A DNA stretch of 64,000 nt from NCBI GenBank assembly GCA_031430695.1, contig JANPBZ010000134.1, positions 8,683-72,682 on the forward strand. Direction: 5' to 3'. The notes under the pieces are model-generated. The model was not told the DNA's origin, ran no database searches, and was given only the letters and a program-made list of their open reading frames with translations. Below are positions 17,124 to 27,674 of the stretch, one piece after another; the stretch's first letter is position 1, and each line of letters begins with the position of its first letter. This stretch comes from Ilumatobacteraceae bacterium (GTDB taxonomy: Bacteria > Actinomycetota > Acidimicrobiia > Acidimicrobiales > Ilumatobacteraceae). The position numbers and the translations under genes are program-made.

Positions 17124-18962
17124 ATGGCCAAGGCAGTCGGAATCGACCTCGGCACCACCAACTCTGTCGTCGCCGTACTCGAAGGTGGCGACCCGGTCGT
17201 CATCCCCAACTCCGAGGGCGCCCGCACCACCCCATCGGTCGTGGCATTCTCGAAAGCCGGTGAGGTGCTGGTCGGCGAAGTTGCCAAGCGCCAGGCGATC
17301 ACCAACTCCGACCGCACGTTCCGCAGCATCAAGCGGCACATGGGCGAGTCGTGGAAGAGCCCCGACATCGACGGCAAGCAGTACACGCCGCAAGAGATCA
17401 GCGCTCGCACCCTGATGAAGCTGAAGCGCGACGCCGAGGCGTACCTCGGCGACACCGTCACCCAGGCCGTCATCACCGTGCCTGCCTACTTCGACGACGC
17501 CCAGCGCACCGCCACCAAGGAAGCCGGCGCGATCGCCGGCCTCGAGGTGCTGCGAATCATCAACGAGCCGACCGCAGCTGCGCTCGCCTACGGCCTCGAC
17601 AAGGGCGCCGAGGACGAGAAGGTCCTGGTGTTCGACCTCGGCGGCGGCACCTTCGACGTGTCGGTGCTCGAGATCGGCGACGGCGTGTTCGAGGTCAAGA
17701 GCACCCACGGCGACACCCACCTCGGTGGAGACGACTGGGATCAGCGGATCATCGATTGGCTCGTGCAGCAGTTCAAGTCGGCGCATGGCGTCGATCTGGC
17801 TGCCGACCGCATGGCCGGGCAGCGCCTGAAGGAGGCTGCAGAGAAGGCCAAGATCGAGCTCAGCCAGGTGCAACAGACGCAGATCAACCTGCCGTTCATC
17901 ACCGCGACCGCCGAAGGACCACTGCACCTCGACGAGTCGCTGACACGCGCCAAGTTCCAAGAGATGACGGCTGACCTCATGGAGCGTTGCCGCATCCCGT
18001 TCGAGCAGGCATTGAAAGATGCCGGCATCAGCAAGGGCGAGCTCAACCACGTCATCCTGGTCGGCGGGTCCACGCGCATGCCGGCTGTTGTCGATCTGGT
18101 GGTCAGCCTCGCCGGCAAGGAGCCCAACAAGAGCGTCAACCCCGACGAAGTGGTCGCGGTCGGTGCGGCGGTTCAGGCCGGTGTTCTGCGCGGCGACGTC
18201 AAGGACGTGTTGCTGCTCGACGTCACCCCATTGAGCCTCGGCATCGAGACCAAGGGCGGCGTGATGTCCAAGTTGATCGAGCGCAACACCACCATCCCGA
18301 CCAAGCGCACCGAGGTGTTCACGACGGCCGACGACATGCAGCCAAGCGTGGAGATCCACGTGCTGCAGGGCGAGCGGGAGATGGCCGGGTACAACAAGAC
18401 GCTCGGCAAGTTCCAGCTGGTCGATCTGCCGCCGGCTCCCCGCGGAGTACCGCAGATCGAGGTCACGTTCGACATCGACGCCAACGGCATCGTGCACGTC
18501 AGCGCCAAGGATCGCGCCACGGGCAAAGAACAGTCGATGACCATCACCGGTCAATCGACACTCGACAAGAAGGACATCGACCAGATGATCCGCGATGCCG
18601 AGGCACATGCCGAAGACGACCGCAAGCGTCGCGAAGAGGCCGAGATTCGCAACAACGCCGACTCGCTCGTGTACCAGATGGAGAAAGTCCTTCGCGACAA
18701 TGCCGACAAGGTGGACGACGCCGAGAAGGCCACGGTCGAAGGTCCGTTGGCCGAACTGAAGACCGCGCTCGCCGGCAACGACATGGACACGATCCGTTCA
18801 GCACACGAGAAGCTGATGACAGCCAGCCAGGCATTCAGTCAGAAGCTGTACGAGTCGGCTGCTCGCGACGAGAACGCTGCCGGAACATCGGCATCGGGCC
18901 AGACGGGCGAGTCGAGTAGCGACGATGACATCGTCGACGCGGAGATCGTGGACGAAGCGTGA
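17124..18962 (+). CDS. dnaK: Molecular chaperone DnaK (Hsp70)
   Basis: [14 protein letters not shown]..., DLGGGTFD and full-length Hsp70 architecture. AGGAG RBS at 17111-17115. Confidence 0.97.
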   Translation: MAKAVGIDLGTTNSVVAVLEGGDPVVIPNSEGARTTPSVVAFSKAGEVLVGEVAKRQAITNSDRTFRSIKRHMGESWKSPDIDGKQYTPQEISARTLMKLKRDAEAYLGDTVTQAVITVPAYFDDAQRTATKEAGAIAGLEVLRIINEPTAAALAYGLDKGAEDEKVLVFDLGGGTFDVSVLEIGDGVFEVKSTHGDTHLGGDDWDQRIIDWLVQQFKSAHGVDLAADRMAGQRLKEAAEKAKIELSQVQQTQINLPFITATAEGPLHLDESLTRAKFQEMTADLMERCRIPFEQALKDAGISKGELNHVILVGGSTRMPAVVDLVVSLAGKEPNKSVNPDEVVAVGAAVQAGVLRGDVKDVLLLDVTPLSLGIETKGGVMSKLIERNTTIPTKRTEVFTTADDMQPSVEIHVLQGEREMAGYNKTLGKFQLVDLPPAPRGVPQIEVTFDIDANGIVHVSAKDRATGKEQSMTITGQSTLDKKDIDQMIRDAEAHAEDDRKRREEAEIRNNADSLVYQMEKVLRDNADKVDDAEKATVEGPLAELKTALAGNDMDTIRSAHEKLMTASQAFSQKLYESAARDENAAGTSASGQTGESSSDDDIVDAEIVDEA

Positions 18963-19468
18963 GCGACGTCGGTCCCTCTCAGTCAGCGACGGATCCCGTC
19001 ACCGGAGTAGAACCGGCGGAGGCCCCCGTCGATGAAATCGAATCCATCGTTCTGACCGACCTGGAAGTTGTCACCGCCGAGCGCGATGAGTGGATGGATC
19101 GCGCTCAGCGAATAGCAGCCGATTTCGAGAACTATCGACGTCGGTTGTCGACGCAGCGCTCCGACGACATCGACCGGGCGACCGGGCGTTTGGCCGAGGC
19201 CATGCTGCCTGTGCTCGACGCCTGCGAGGCCGCGTTCTTGCAGCATCCCGCGGAGATCGAGCCGCTCTTCAACCTGATGCTCAGCGAATTGAAGAAGCAA
19301 GGCCTCGAGTCGATGAACCTGCATGAGCAGCCGTTCGACCCTCATCTTGCCGACGCCGTCTTGCACGAGCCGGGCGAGGGCGAGCCGGTCGTCAGCGAAG
19401 TGCTGCGCTCCGGCTACATGTGGAACGGGAAGGTCCTGCGACCGGCAATGGTCAAGGTCCGCGGCTGA
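18959..19468 (+). CDS. grpE: Nucleotide exchange factor GrpE
   Basis: GTGA overlap with the dnaK stop. Contains the ADFENYRRR motif and a GrpE C-terminal beta domain. Confidence 0.9.
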   Translation: MSDVGPSQSATDPVTGVEPAEAPVDEIESIVLTDLEVVTAERDEWMDRAQRIAADFENYRRRLSTQRSDDIDRATGRLAEAMLPVLDACEAAFLQHPAEIEPLFNLMLSELKKQGLESMNLHEQPFDPHLADAVLHEPGEGEPVVSEVLRSGYMWNGKVLRPAMVKVRG

Positions 19469-19511
19469 CACGCCCGAGTGGCTAGGCACGACGTAGAGGA
19501 GGTGATGAGCG

Positions 19512-20633
19512 GTGGCAGCACAGCGTGAGTGGTATGAGAAGGACTACTACAAGGTGCTCGGTGTCAGCGACGACGCCACCCCGAAAGACATCACCAAGGC
19601 CTATCGAAAGCTGGCCCGCGGCAGCCATCCCGATACCCATCCAGGCGACGACGCGGCCGAGGAGCGCTTCAAGGAGGTCAGCGGGGCCTATGACGTGCTG
19701 GGCGACGAAGCCAAGCGCAAGGAGTACGACGAGGTCCGCAAGCTCGGCCCGATCGGCGGGTTCCAAGGCGGCGGTCCCGGCGGGCAGGCGGGCTACAACT
19801 TCAACGTCGGCAGCGACGGTCTCGGCGACATCTTGGGGCAGATGTTCGGCCGCGGGCGGCGCGGCGGTGGACCTTCTGCGGCCGCCGGCCCACAGCGCGG
19901 CGCCGATGTGGAGGCGACACTCAATCTCGATTTCGCCGATGCGGTGAAAGGCCTCACCACCACCTTGTACCTCACCAGCGACGCGCAGTGCAGCACCTGC
20001 CACGGCAGCGGCGCCAAACCCGGTACACAGCCCACGGTCTGTTCGCAGTGCGGTGGGCGTGGCGTCGTCGACGACAATCAGGGGCTGTTCTCGTTCTCGT
20101 CGCCGTGCCGTGCCTGCGGTGGCCGTGGTGTGGTGGTCACCGACCCATGTCCGACGTGTCGGGGGTCCGGCAGCGAACGCCGCCCGCGCGAAGTGCAGGC
20201 GCGGATTCCAGCCGGTGTTGCCGATGGGCAGAAGATCCGCCTGAAGGGCCGCGGAGCGCCAGGTCGAAACGGCGGTCCGCCGGGCGACCTGATCGTCGAG
20301 TGCCACGTTGCCGGCCACCGCCTGTTCGGACGCGACGGCAACAACCTCACGGTCAAGGTGCCGATCACGTTTGCCGAGGCGACGCTCGGTGGCGACGTCG
20401 ACGTGCCAACGCTCGATGGCCCGCGGGTCATGCTGCGATTGCGGCCCGGCACACCCTCTGGCTCGCGTCATCGAGTGAAGGGCAAGGGCATCGTGACCAA
20501 CAAAGCGACCGGCGACTTGATCGTGACGGTCGACGTCGAGGTGCCCACTCATCTCTCCGACGAACAACGCACGGCCGTCGAGGCACTCGCCGCGGCGACT
20601 ACCGTTTCACCAAGGACTCGATTGGAGTCATGA
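19512..20633 (+). CDS. dnaJ: Co-chaperone DnaJ
   Basis: J-domain (DYYKVLGV...HPD), G-rich linker and four CxxCxGxG repeats (CSTCHGSG, CSQCGGRG, CRACGGRG, CPTCRGSG). Confidence 0.95.
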   Translation: MAAQREWYEKDYYKVLGVSDDATPKDITKAYRKLARGSHPDTHPGDDAAEERFKEVSGAYDVLGDEAKRKEYDEVRKLGPIGGFQGGGPGGQAGYNFNVGSDGLGDILGQMFGRGRRGGGPSAAAGPQRGADVEATLNLDFADAVKGLTTTLYLTSDAQCSTCHGSGAKPGTQPTVCSQCGGRGVVDDNQGLFSFSSPCRACGGRGVVVTDPCPTCRGSGSERRPREVQARIPAGVADGQKIRLKGRGAPGRNGGPPGDLIVECHVAGHRLFGRDGNNLTVKVPITFAEATLGGDVDVPTLDGPRVMLRLRPGTPSGSRHRVKGKGIVTNKATGDLIVTVDVEVPTHLSDEQRTAVEALAAATTVSPRTRLES

Positions 20634-21025
20634 CCATGCGATCTCAACATCACGCCGTCTACGTCATCTCGGTTGCCGCCGAGTTAGCGGGCATGCATCC
20701 ACAGACGTTGCGGATCTACGAACGACGCGGGCTGGTGCAGCCGGCGCGCACCCAAGGTGGCAACCGCCGCTACAGCGACGTCGACATCGAATGCCTGCGG
20801 CGCATCAGCGAACTGGCCGCTGAAGGTATGAATCTCGAGGGCATCCGTCGCGTGATGCAACTCGAGGTCGAGAACGAGCAGTTACGCGCCGAGAACGCCG
20901 AACTGCGTCAAGTGGCATCGTCGGCGTTGGCCGAAGCCGATCGCCGGCCGCCGCGTCGCGATCTCGTTCCGCTGCACCAGGAGGTCTCGGTGTTCGGCGG
21001 ATCACGCCTCGGTCGCTCGAGCTAA
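20630..21025 (+). CDS. hspR: MerR-family heat-shock repressor HspR
   Basis: ATGA overlap with the dnaJ stop. HTH region YVISVAAELAGMHPQTLRIYERRGL. Last gene of the dnaK operon, with HAIR sites upstream. Confidence 0.9.
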   Translation: MTMRSQHHAVYVISVAAELAGMHPQTLRIYERRGLVQPARTQGGNRRYSDVDIECLRRISELAAEGMNLEGIRRVMQLEVENEQLRAENAELRQVASSALAEADRRPPRRDLVPLHQEVSVFGGSRLGRSS

Positions 21026-21027
21026 CA

Positions 21028-21058
21028 CCGACGCGGCGATCGACGCGCGACGCGTCGG
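21028..21058 (+). terminator. Candidate stem-loop terminator after hspR
   Basis: An 8-bp GC-rich stem, ccgacgcg (21028-35) with cgcgtcgg (21051-58), starts 3 nt after the stop. No U-tract. Confidence 0.3.
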
Positions 21059-21429
21059 CTCGCCAGAGCCAGTCGAATGACCTTGTGAGTCACGTGTCCG
21101 TCGGAGCACTATTCAGCCATGCGCCGTGTGGTCCCGATGGTTGTCGCCCTGATTGCGTCTGGCACGGGTTGCGGCACTTCAGGCGAGATGTGTACGGAGA
21201 CAGCTTCCGCGTGAGGTTCAGCGCGACCACGGCCGACGGTGAAGTTCCTGCGACCACGGGTGAGATAGAGATGGTCGAATGAGCCCTGAGGTGCCGGTGG
21301 CGCTCGTCGCGCTTGGTTCGTGTTGCTCTGCCCCGGCGAGTCCTTGCGCTCACGCGCTGGACGGGGCAATCTGGGCGCGTGCGGGTGGCGGCGTCGATGG
21401 CGTCGACATCCTGAGATGAGGAGACCACC

Positions 21430-22005
21430 ATGACCAGCCTGAGTGACCGCCACAACACCGCCCTGTTGGTCGTGGACGTGCAGAACAACGTGGTGGCCAA
21501 CGCCCACCAACGCGACGAGGTGATCGCGAACATCAACACGCTGGTCGCCAGAGCCCGCGCCCAGCAGGTGCCGGTGATCTGGGTCCAGCACGCCGATGAC
21601 GATCTCCCCCACGGCAGCGATGGATGGCAGTACGTGCCCGAGCTGCAGCGCCTGGAATCCGAGCCGCTGGTGCACAAGCGGTACGGCGATTCCTTCGAGG
21701 ACACCACCCTGGAGTCCGAACTCGCACAACGCGGCGTCGGTCGGCTCGTCGTCACCGGCGCACAGACCGACGCCTGCATCCGAGCGACGCTTCACGGTGC
21801 GTTCACTCGCGGCTACGACACGCTCCTCGTCAGTGACGCCCATACGACCGAGGACTTGTCCGAGTACGGCCTGCCACCGGCCGACAAGGTGATCGCTCAC
21901 ACCAACATGTACTGGACTTGGCAGGCGGGCCCTGGGCGTACCGCCAGCGTGGTCGAGACCTCTGATGTCAGCTTCGACGGAGACGAAGCTCAACAGTCAC
22001 GGTAA
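21430..22005 (+). CDS. Isochorismatase-family cysteine hydrolase
   Basis: ALLVVDVQNNVV and LVVTGAQTDACIRAT (catalytic Cys context). GAGGAG RBS precedes ATG 21430. Confidence 0.8.
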   Translation: MTSLSDRHNTALLVVDVQNNVVANAHQRDEVIANINTLVARARAQQVPVIWVQHADDDLPHGSDGWQYVPELQRLESEPLVHKRYGDSFEDTTLESELAQRGVGRLVVTGAQTDACIRATLHGAFTRGYDTLLVSDAHTTEDLSEYGLPPADKVIAHTNMYWTWQAGPGRTASVVETSDVSFDGDEAQQSR

Positions 22006-22092
22006 CAATCGCGCCCGACCAGTCGCCTGCTTGGGCGCGGGCCCGCCTACAGCGCGCGAACGTTCGTGGTCACAGCACTAGCCCGAGGACGA

Positions 22093-22818
22093 TCACCGAG
22101 CTGAGTCGCTGTCAGCGCTGTATCGGCTGAGCACCTGCCATGCGGAGCGGATCACGTCGGCAACATTGGTGCGATCCAGTTGCATCGTCGGCAGCGGCAA
22201 CGGCTCGCTTGTCACCTTGATGTTGGGCGTCGCCAGGTCATCGCCGGCGAACTCGTGCCATTCGGGGGTGTCGAACGGCGAAGGCGGTGGAGCAGGTGGA
22301 ACAAGGCGCAGATGCCGATCGGTACGGGCCCGTGAACCGACCTTCGTGCGCCGAGTGTCGTCGACATCGCCGCATCGCCACGTTGCCAGCAACTCGGGTC
22401 GCGTCGCCAGCTCGGCGGCGAGTGCCAGAAGCGCCGCGACCCCGTGTTTGCACGGGTCATCCCAGTCGGGGCAGGTGCACGAGCAGAGCAGTTCCTCGCC
22501 GCGCGGGATCAGCCGTGCAACGTGTGCTCGCTCGGGCACCTGGCCGAGATCGTCGGGACGGGCCACGGTCTCGACGGTGATCGTGACGTGGTATGGCTCG
22601 GGTCGCCCGCCGACGACGGTTGCCAGCAGCACGCCCTCGGACAGTTCGAGCCGACCGACGGCGTTGTCGGCGAGGTAGGCCTTGCCTCGTCGAAACCGTT
22701 GCGGATCAGCAAGCCCGGCAGCCGTCACTGACAACAACGAGGCTGCAAGTCGGCCCGCCGGCGTCGGCTCGCGCCGCGCTGACACCGACGCCGGTGTTGG
22801 CGTGATGACGATGCTCAC
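22093..22818 (-). CDS. SWIM zinc-finger protein
   Basis: SWIM motif CSCTCPDWDDPCKH. GTG 22818 overlaps the stop of the upstream SNF2 gene (GTGA). The longer track ORF N-terminus is Arg-rich artefact. Confidence 0.75.
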   Translation of the reverse strand: MSIVITPTPASVSARREPTPAGRLAASLLSVTAAGLADPQRFRRGKAYLADNAVGRLELSEGVLLATVVGGRPEPYHVTITVETVARPDDLGQVPERAHVARLIPRGEELLCSCTCPDWDDPCKHGVAALLALAAELATRPELLATWRCGDVDDTRRTKVGSRARTDRHLRLVPPAPPPSPFDTPEWHEFAGDDLATPNIKVTSEPLPLPTMQLDRTNVADVIRSAWQVLSRYSADSDSAR

Positions 22819-25772
22819 GTGCCACGCACCGCGTGGTGGTCGAGAACGATCAGATCGCGCAGTTCGTCGGTCGACAGTTCGCTGAGCCACGTCTCGCCGG
22901 TGGTTCCGACAACGGCATCGGCCAGGGCGCGTTTGTCGTTGATCATGGCGTCGACGCGTTCCTCGATCGTGCCTTGGCAGACGAGCTTGTGCACGAACAC
23001 CGAGCGATGCTGACCGATGCGCCAGGCTCGGTCGGTGGCCTGGTCTTCGACGGCGGGGTTCCACCAGCGGTCGTAGTGAACGACACGCGATGCCGCGGTG
23101 AGGTTGAGGCCGGTGCCTCCGGCGCGCAACGACACCAGGAGCAGCGGTGATGTCGAGCCTGCTTGGAACTCGTCGACCATCCGGTTTCGTCCCGTTCTCG
23201 ACACGCCACCGTGCAGGAACGGCGTCGGCAAGGCGAAGCGTTCGTTGAGATGGCGTTGCAGCAGCAGGCCCATCTCGCGGAACTGGGTGAACACCAGTGC
23301 CTGCTCGCCGGCGTCGAGCAGGTCGGTGATCAACTCGTCGAAGCGGGTCAGCTTGCCCGACCGACCACCGAGGCGCGACCCGTCGGCGAGCGCCTGTGCG
23401 GGATGGTTGCAGATCTGCTTAAGGCGGGTGAGCGCGGCGAGAACCAGCCCGCGACGGCGCATGCCGATGGCTTGCTGGGCGTCGTCGAGTAGCTGATCGA
23501 CGACACCTTGGTACATGCCGGCCTGCTCGCGGGTCAGCGATGCCCACGCCAACTGCTCGACCTTGTCGGGCAGGTCGGGCACCAGCGACTTGTCGGCTTT
23601 GGTTCGACGAAGCAGGAACGGCGATGTCAATTGGCGGAGTGCCGCCGCCGCGGCGAGATCGCGATTGCGTTCGATCGGCGTGGCGAAACGTTGGCGGAAC
23701 TGAGTGAGGTTGCCGAGCAGCCCGGGCGTGACCATCGACATGATCGACCACAGTTCGCTGAGCCGATTCTCGACTGGCGTGCCGGTGAGGGCGATGTGCT
23801 GGTGGGCCGGCAGTTTGCGCAATGCCTTGGCCGTTCGCGTCTCGGGGTTCTTCACTGCCTGGGCCTCGTCGAACACGATGGTCGCCCACGGCACTGCCGC
23901 GAGCGTGTCGATATCGCGGGCGGCGATGTGGTACGTGGTGATGATCAGGTCGTGTTGGGCGACGACGTTGGCGAACATGGTTGCGCCGCTGCGCCCGGTG
24001 CCGTGATGCACGGCGACACGCAGCAGCGGTGTGAATCGTGCTGCCTCGGCTTCCCAGTTGCGCACGACCGACAACGGGCAGATCACCAGGTGCGGCCCCG
24101 GCAGCGCCGCCAGGTGGGCGAGGGTGGTGGGGGTCTTGCCAAGCCCCATGTCGTCGGCAAGGCACCCCCCAAGACCCAGCTGATGCAAGAACTGCAGCCA
24201 GCCGAGGCCGCGTCGCTGGTATGGGCGAAGTGTCGCCATGAAGCCGGCCGGCTCGACGCCTTCGGCCAGCGTCGCGTCGGGCAGACCTTGCAGCAGATCG
24301 CCGAGCCAGCCGGTAGCAGCGATCGCCGGTAGGTTCTCGCTGAGGGCTGTGCCATCGGCGGCCACATCCGCGGTCGGCACCAGTTCCTCCGCTGCCAATT
24401 CGGCGGCCAGGCGGAGTAGTTCGAGCGTCGACAGTTCGGCATGGTCGCGTCGATGTTCGGCGAGATTGGCAAGGGCGCGGCGGGCCTCGGTGCGATCGAG
24501 CCGCACCCATCGGCCATTGACATTGATCAGGCCGGCGCCCGTTGCTGCAGCACGCTCCAGCAACGTCTCGTCAACCGGCGTGTCGTCGACAACGACGGTC
24601 CAGTCGATGATCGCTGCGGCGCTGAATCGACTTGTGCCCGAGGCGTCCTTCGGTTGGGCGACGCCTTTCGTGGTTGCCGAGCGGCGGGTGAGGCGTTCTG
24701 GTGTCAGCAGTTCGATGTCGACAGCCGCTAACGCATCGACTGCTTCGAGTGTTGCAGCGGCGCCATCGAGATCGATGCCGGACTGTGGGCGGGCGAGCCA
24801 TCCCGAGAGCCACGGTGCCAGCATCTCGATGTCGACCCTGGCAGTGGCGATGCATTCGCCGAGCATCGGAAGGAACCGCTGTTCGCCGGCCAGGCTCAGT
24901 GCCGTCGGCCCACCGATGCCGACCTCTGCCGCGGCACACCATCGGCTGCGATCGTCGGGATCGACCAACTCCAACGCCAGCGGCCAGTCACCGAGCGGAT
25001 CATCGGGCAGTGCCAGGCGCAGCCGAGCTCGCACCACCGGCTCGCCCTCGGCGCGACGGATGGCCTGATCGAGCATCGTCGCCAGGTCGTCGAGAGCCTC
25101 ACCGAGATCGGGGTCGGCGCGGAACTCGCCGGCCGGGGCGCTGAGGGCCCGGGCCACGACGCGCGTGGCACGCGCCGTGACGCGGCGGGTATCGGTGATC
25201 GGCGCATGCCACCCAGCCCCGGCGAGCAGCAGCCGAGCCGTCTGATCGACGAACGAGTCGATGATCACCGTCGTCAGTTCCTCAGCGGTGAATCCCGGAC
25301 TGGCCACAGCGACAACCGGTGGTTGCAGCGCAGCGAGTTCGGCTACTGGATCGGCCAGGTCGGAGCGCAATGGCCGCCAGCGGGCGAGCCACCACCCGAG
25401 TCCAGTGTCGGTGAGCTGCGGCAGCACGCGGCCAGCAGTGACCAGTCGAATTGCGACCGAGTACGCGGCACCGAGCCAGCCGACCGACGAACCGGCGTCG
25501 CTGCCGAGGGCGTCGAGTTGCCCGAGCGCGGCGAGTGATGCGACGGTGAGGCGCTGGCACATCACCTGTTGCTCGCCGCCTGGCAGCGCCATGCGCACGA
25601 CGCGCATCGAGCCGGTGTGGGTGGTCGCAGGTGGCCGGCGGAATGTCGAACTGACAACCGCCTGAAGATTTCCGCCGTAGACGCCGCGACCTGGCTGCCA
25701 CGCCACAACCTCGCCATCGAGCCAGGTCAGCTGCAACCCAGGAGTCAGCGCGGCGTCGGGACGGGAGGGCAC
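22815..25772 (-). CDS. SNF2/RAD54-family helicase with an N-terminal region of about 480 aa of unknown function
   Basis: Motifs LADDMGLGKT (I), DEAQAVKN (II), LTGTPVEN (III) and QATDRAWRIGQ (VI). Confidence 0.9.
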   Translation of the reverse strand: MPSRPDAALTPGLQLTWLDGEVVAWQPGRGVYGGNLQAVVSSTFRRPPATTHTGSMRVVRMALPGGEQQVMCQRLTVASLAALGQLDALGSDAGSSVGWLGAAYSVAIRLVTAGRVLPQLTDTGLGWWLARWRPLRSDLADPVAELAALQPPVVAVASPGFTAEELTTVIIDSFVDQTARLLLAGAGWHAPITDTRRVTARATRVVARALSAPAGEFRADPDLGEALDDLATMLDQAIRRAEGEPVVRARLRLALPDDPLGDWPLALELVDPDDRSRWCAAAEVGIGGPTALSLAGEQRFLPMLGECIATARVDIEMLAPWLSGWLARPQSGIDLDGAAATLEAVDALAAVDIELLTPERLTRRSATTKGVAQPKDASGTSRFSAAAIIDWTVVVDDTPVDETLLERAAATGAGLINVNGRWVRLDRTEARRALANLAEHRRDHAELSTLELLRLAAELAAEELVPTADVAADGTALSENLPAIAATGWLGDLLQGLPDATLAEGVEPAGFMATLRPYQRRGLGWLQFLHQLGLGGCLADDMGLGKTPTTLAHLAALPGPHLVICPLSVVRNWEAEAARFTPLLRVAVHHGTGRSGATMFANVVAQHDLIITTYHIAARDIDTLAAVPWATIVFDEAQAVKNPETRTAKALRKLPAHQHIALTGTPVENRLSELWSIMSMVTPGLLGNLTQFRQRFATPIERNRDLAAAAALRQLTSPFLLRRTKADKSLVPDLPDKVEQLAWASLTREQAGMYQGVVDQLLDDAQQAIGMRRRGLVLAALTRLKQICNHPAQALADGSRLGGRSGKLTRFDELITDLLDAGEQALVFTQFREMGLLLQRHLNERFALPTPFLHGGVSRTGRNRMVDEFQAGSTSPLLLVSLRAGGTGLNLTAASRVVHYDRWWNPAVEDQATDRAWRIGQHRSVFVHKLVCQGTIEERVDAMINDKRALADAVVGTTGETWLSELSTDELRDLIVLDHHAVRGT

Positions 25773-25837
25773 AGGTCGAGTGTACGAGTGGGGTGTGCGT
25801 CGGTTAGGGCGTAGTGGTGCGTAAGACTGTGCCGAAC

Positions 25838-26863
25838 ATGTCGCATCTCTGGGATCCCCCCGATCCGGATCAAAGGCGCAAACGTGCTCGCGCCGGCCGT
25901 TCCAATCGCAGCGTCGGCATCGTGTTGCTCGTGCTCACGGCACTCGTCGGCGGCGGCGCTGTCTCGTACGTGTTCTCCCAATGGCAGTCGTCGCGAAATA
26001 CTGCTGCAGCACTGCCGACGGCGGCTCCGACAACCGCATCGACATCGACATCGACGTCCACGACGAGCACAACGAGCACGACGATCGTCCCGACCACGAC
26101 GACCACGATCGCTCCGACCACGACTGCTGTGCAGGTCGTCGGTGATCACATGGTGTTCGCCGATGGGTACCCGATCGGCCAGGTCACACCTGCTGGTTTC
26201 GCTCGCTATGAGGGCGACGCCGTATCGCAGCTGCGCCAGGGTGCTTTCGAGATGTCGTCGGTCGTCAACTTCATCGGATCGAAGTTCAGCGTGCAGATCC
26301 GTCCCCTCGACATCACCGAAGTCTCGGCATCGTGCCCGATTGCAGTCCAGCCGCGTGCGGCCGACAACGCCGAGCCATTGGGTCTGTGGGTAGAGGCACC
26401 GAACTGGCAGCTGCAGCCGCAGACCGCCACCCCGGTACCGCTCGCCGATCCGACCGTCATCGCCGTGGTGCAACTGATCACGGCCAACAACGCCGTGATG
26501 CCGGCGCCACCACCTCAACGCGGCAGTGCAGTGCTGGTCGACTTGATCGGCGATGGTGTTGCTGATCTGGTCGTGTCAGCGACGTACGGCGACGACTCCA
26601 TCTACTACCGCCTCGTGGCGATTGCACCGGATAGCAACCCCGAGGCCGCCTCGACGGTGATGATCGAGTTCGGTGGCTCGTTTCGCGAGGACGGCTCGCG
26701 TGATCCGCAGTCGCGTGGCGAGTTGCGAGTCGACGGCGTGATCGAGTTGACCGGCACAGCGCCGTACGAGTTGTTGATCCGCCGCACGACAGCCGACACC
26801 AAAGGTGTCGTCGTCCGCGATCTCGCCGGCGCGGAACTGACGTCCTCGTCCTGCCCTCGCTGA
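25838..26863 (+). CDS. Single-pass membrane protein with Ser/Thr-rich linker, hypothetical
   Basis: Basic N-terminus, TM segment VGIVLLVLTALVGGGAV, a TSTSTSTSTTSTTSTT linker and a globular domain with DLIGDGVADLVV (FG-GAP/VCBS-like). The alternative start 25814 lies only 41 nt from the divergent helicase start. Confidence 0.5.
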   Translation: MSHLWDPPDPDQRRKRARAGRSNRSVGIVLLVLTALVGGGAVSYVFSQWQSSRNTAAALPTAAPTTASTSTSTSTTSTTSTTIVPTTTTTIAPTTTAVQVVGDHMVFADGYPIGQVTPAGFARYEGDAVSQLRQGAFEMSSVVNFIGSKFSVQIRPLDITEVSASCPIAVQPRAADNAEPLGLWVEAPNWQLQPQTATPVPLADPTVIAVVQLITANNAVMPAPPPQRGSAVLVDLIGDGVADLVVSATYGDDSIYYRLVAIAPDSNPEAASTVMIEFGGSFREDGSRDPQSRGELRVDGVIELTGTAPYELLIRRTTADTKGVVVRDLAGAELTSSSCPR

Positions 26864-26864
26864 T

Positions 26865-27674
26865 CTAGCTGCGCGGTTCGGCGAGGATGGACTCGATCAC
26901 CTGAGCGACTCCGTCGTCATCGTTCGATGCGGTGACGTGGGTAGCAGCAGCCCGTACGAGAGCGGCGGCGTTGGCGACAGCCACCGAGCGGCCGGCGAAC
27001 TCGAACATGGCGAGGTCGTTGATCTCGTCGCCGAACACCAACACGTCGGCAGGATCGATGTCGAGATGGGCGCAGAGCCATCGCAGGCCGGCACCTTTGT
27101 CGGCGCCCGCTGGGCCGAGTTCGACGGCCTCGGTGCCCATGTGGCTCACGACCAGGTCGGTGCCGACGATCGGCGGGATGATGTCGAGCAGTTCGAGGGC
27201 GGAATGGTGATGATGGAACGCCAACAGCTTGATCGCCTCGGTGGCTCCGTCGTGCCCGTTCAGCACGTCGTCGACGGTCTCGTTGCGGTGGTGCACCGGC
27301 ATGCGCTCGGCGAAGCCGACTTCCTCGGTGAAGCCACGATCGGTGGCAAGGGCGAACCCGAACAGCGGGTCGTGAGCCCGAAGCCGCGCGATCGCGGCAA
27401 CCGCCAGCGCACTGGGGAAGCCGATGGTGAACAGCGGCTCGCCGTCGGGCAACGAGCAGATCATCGAGCCGTTGGCCATGACGCCGTACCGCACCGCTGC
27501 GCCGACAGCGGTGACCTCCCGGGCGGCGACCATCGGTGGCCGGCCGGTGGCAAAGACCACGATCACGCCCGCCTCGTGGGCGGCGTGCAAGGCCGCGATG
27601 GTCCGTGCCGACACTTCTCCGCGGCTGTTCAGCAAGGTACCGTCGAGGTCCGTGGCAATCAGTCGCGGCAGCAT
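26865..27674 (-). CDS. Cof-type HAD-IIB phosphatase
   Basis: Motif I ATDLDGTLL, motif IV GDEINDLAM. Start at MLPRLIATDLDG (ATG 27674). Confidence 0.85.
   Translation of the reverse strand: MLPRLIATDLDGTLLNSRGEVSARTIAALHAAHEAGVIVVFATGRPPMVAAREVTAVGAAVRYGVMANGSMICSLPDGEPLFTIGFPSALAVAAIARLRAHDPLFGFALATDRGFTEEVGFAERMPVHHRNETVDDVLNGHDGATEAIKLLAFHHHHSALELLDIIPPIVGTDLVVSHMGTEAVELGPAGADKGAGLRWLCAHLDIDPADVLVFGDEINDLAMFEFAGRSVAVANAAALVRAAATHVTASNDDDGVAQVIESILAEPRS

Noticed and set aside
21119-21282. A possible small lipoprotein gene, MRRVVPMVVALIASGTGCGTSGE..., that stops after 31 codons. A second frame (21085-21282) continues with the protein-like sequence DVYGDSFRVRFSATTADGEVPATTGEIEMVE.
   Set aside because: It needs a frameshift to make a product of about 60 aa. 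The lipobox is non-canonical and no family is recognisable. This is too weak to call as a gene or pseudogene without comparative data.
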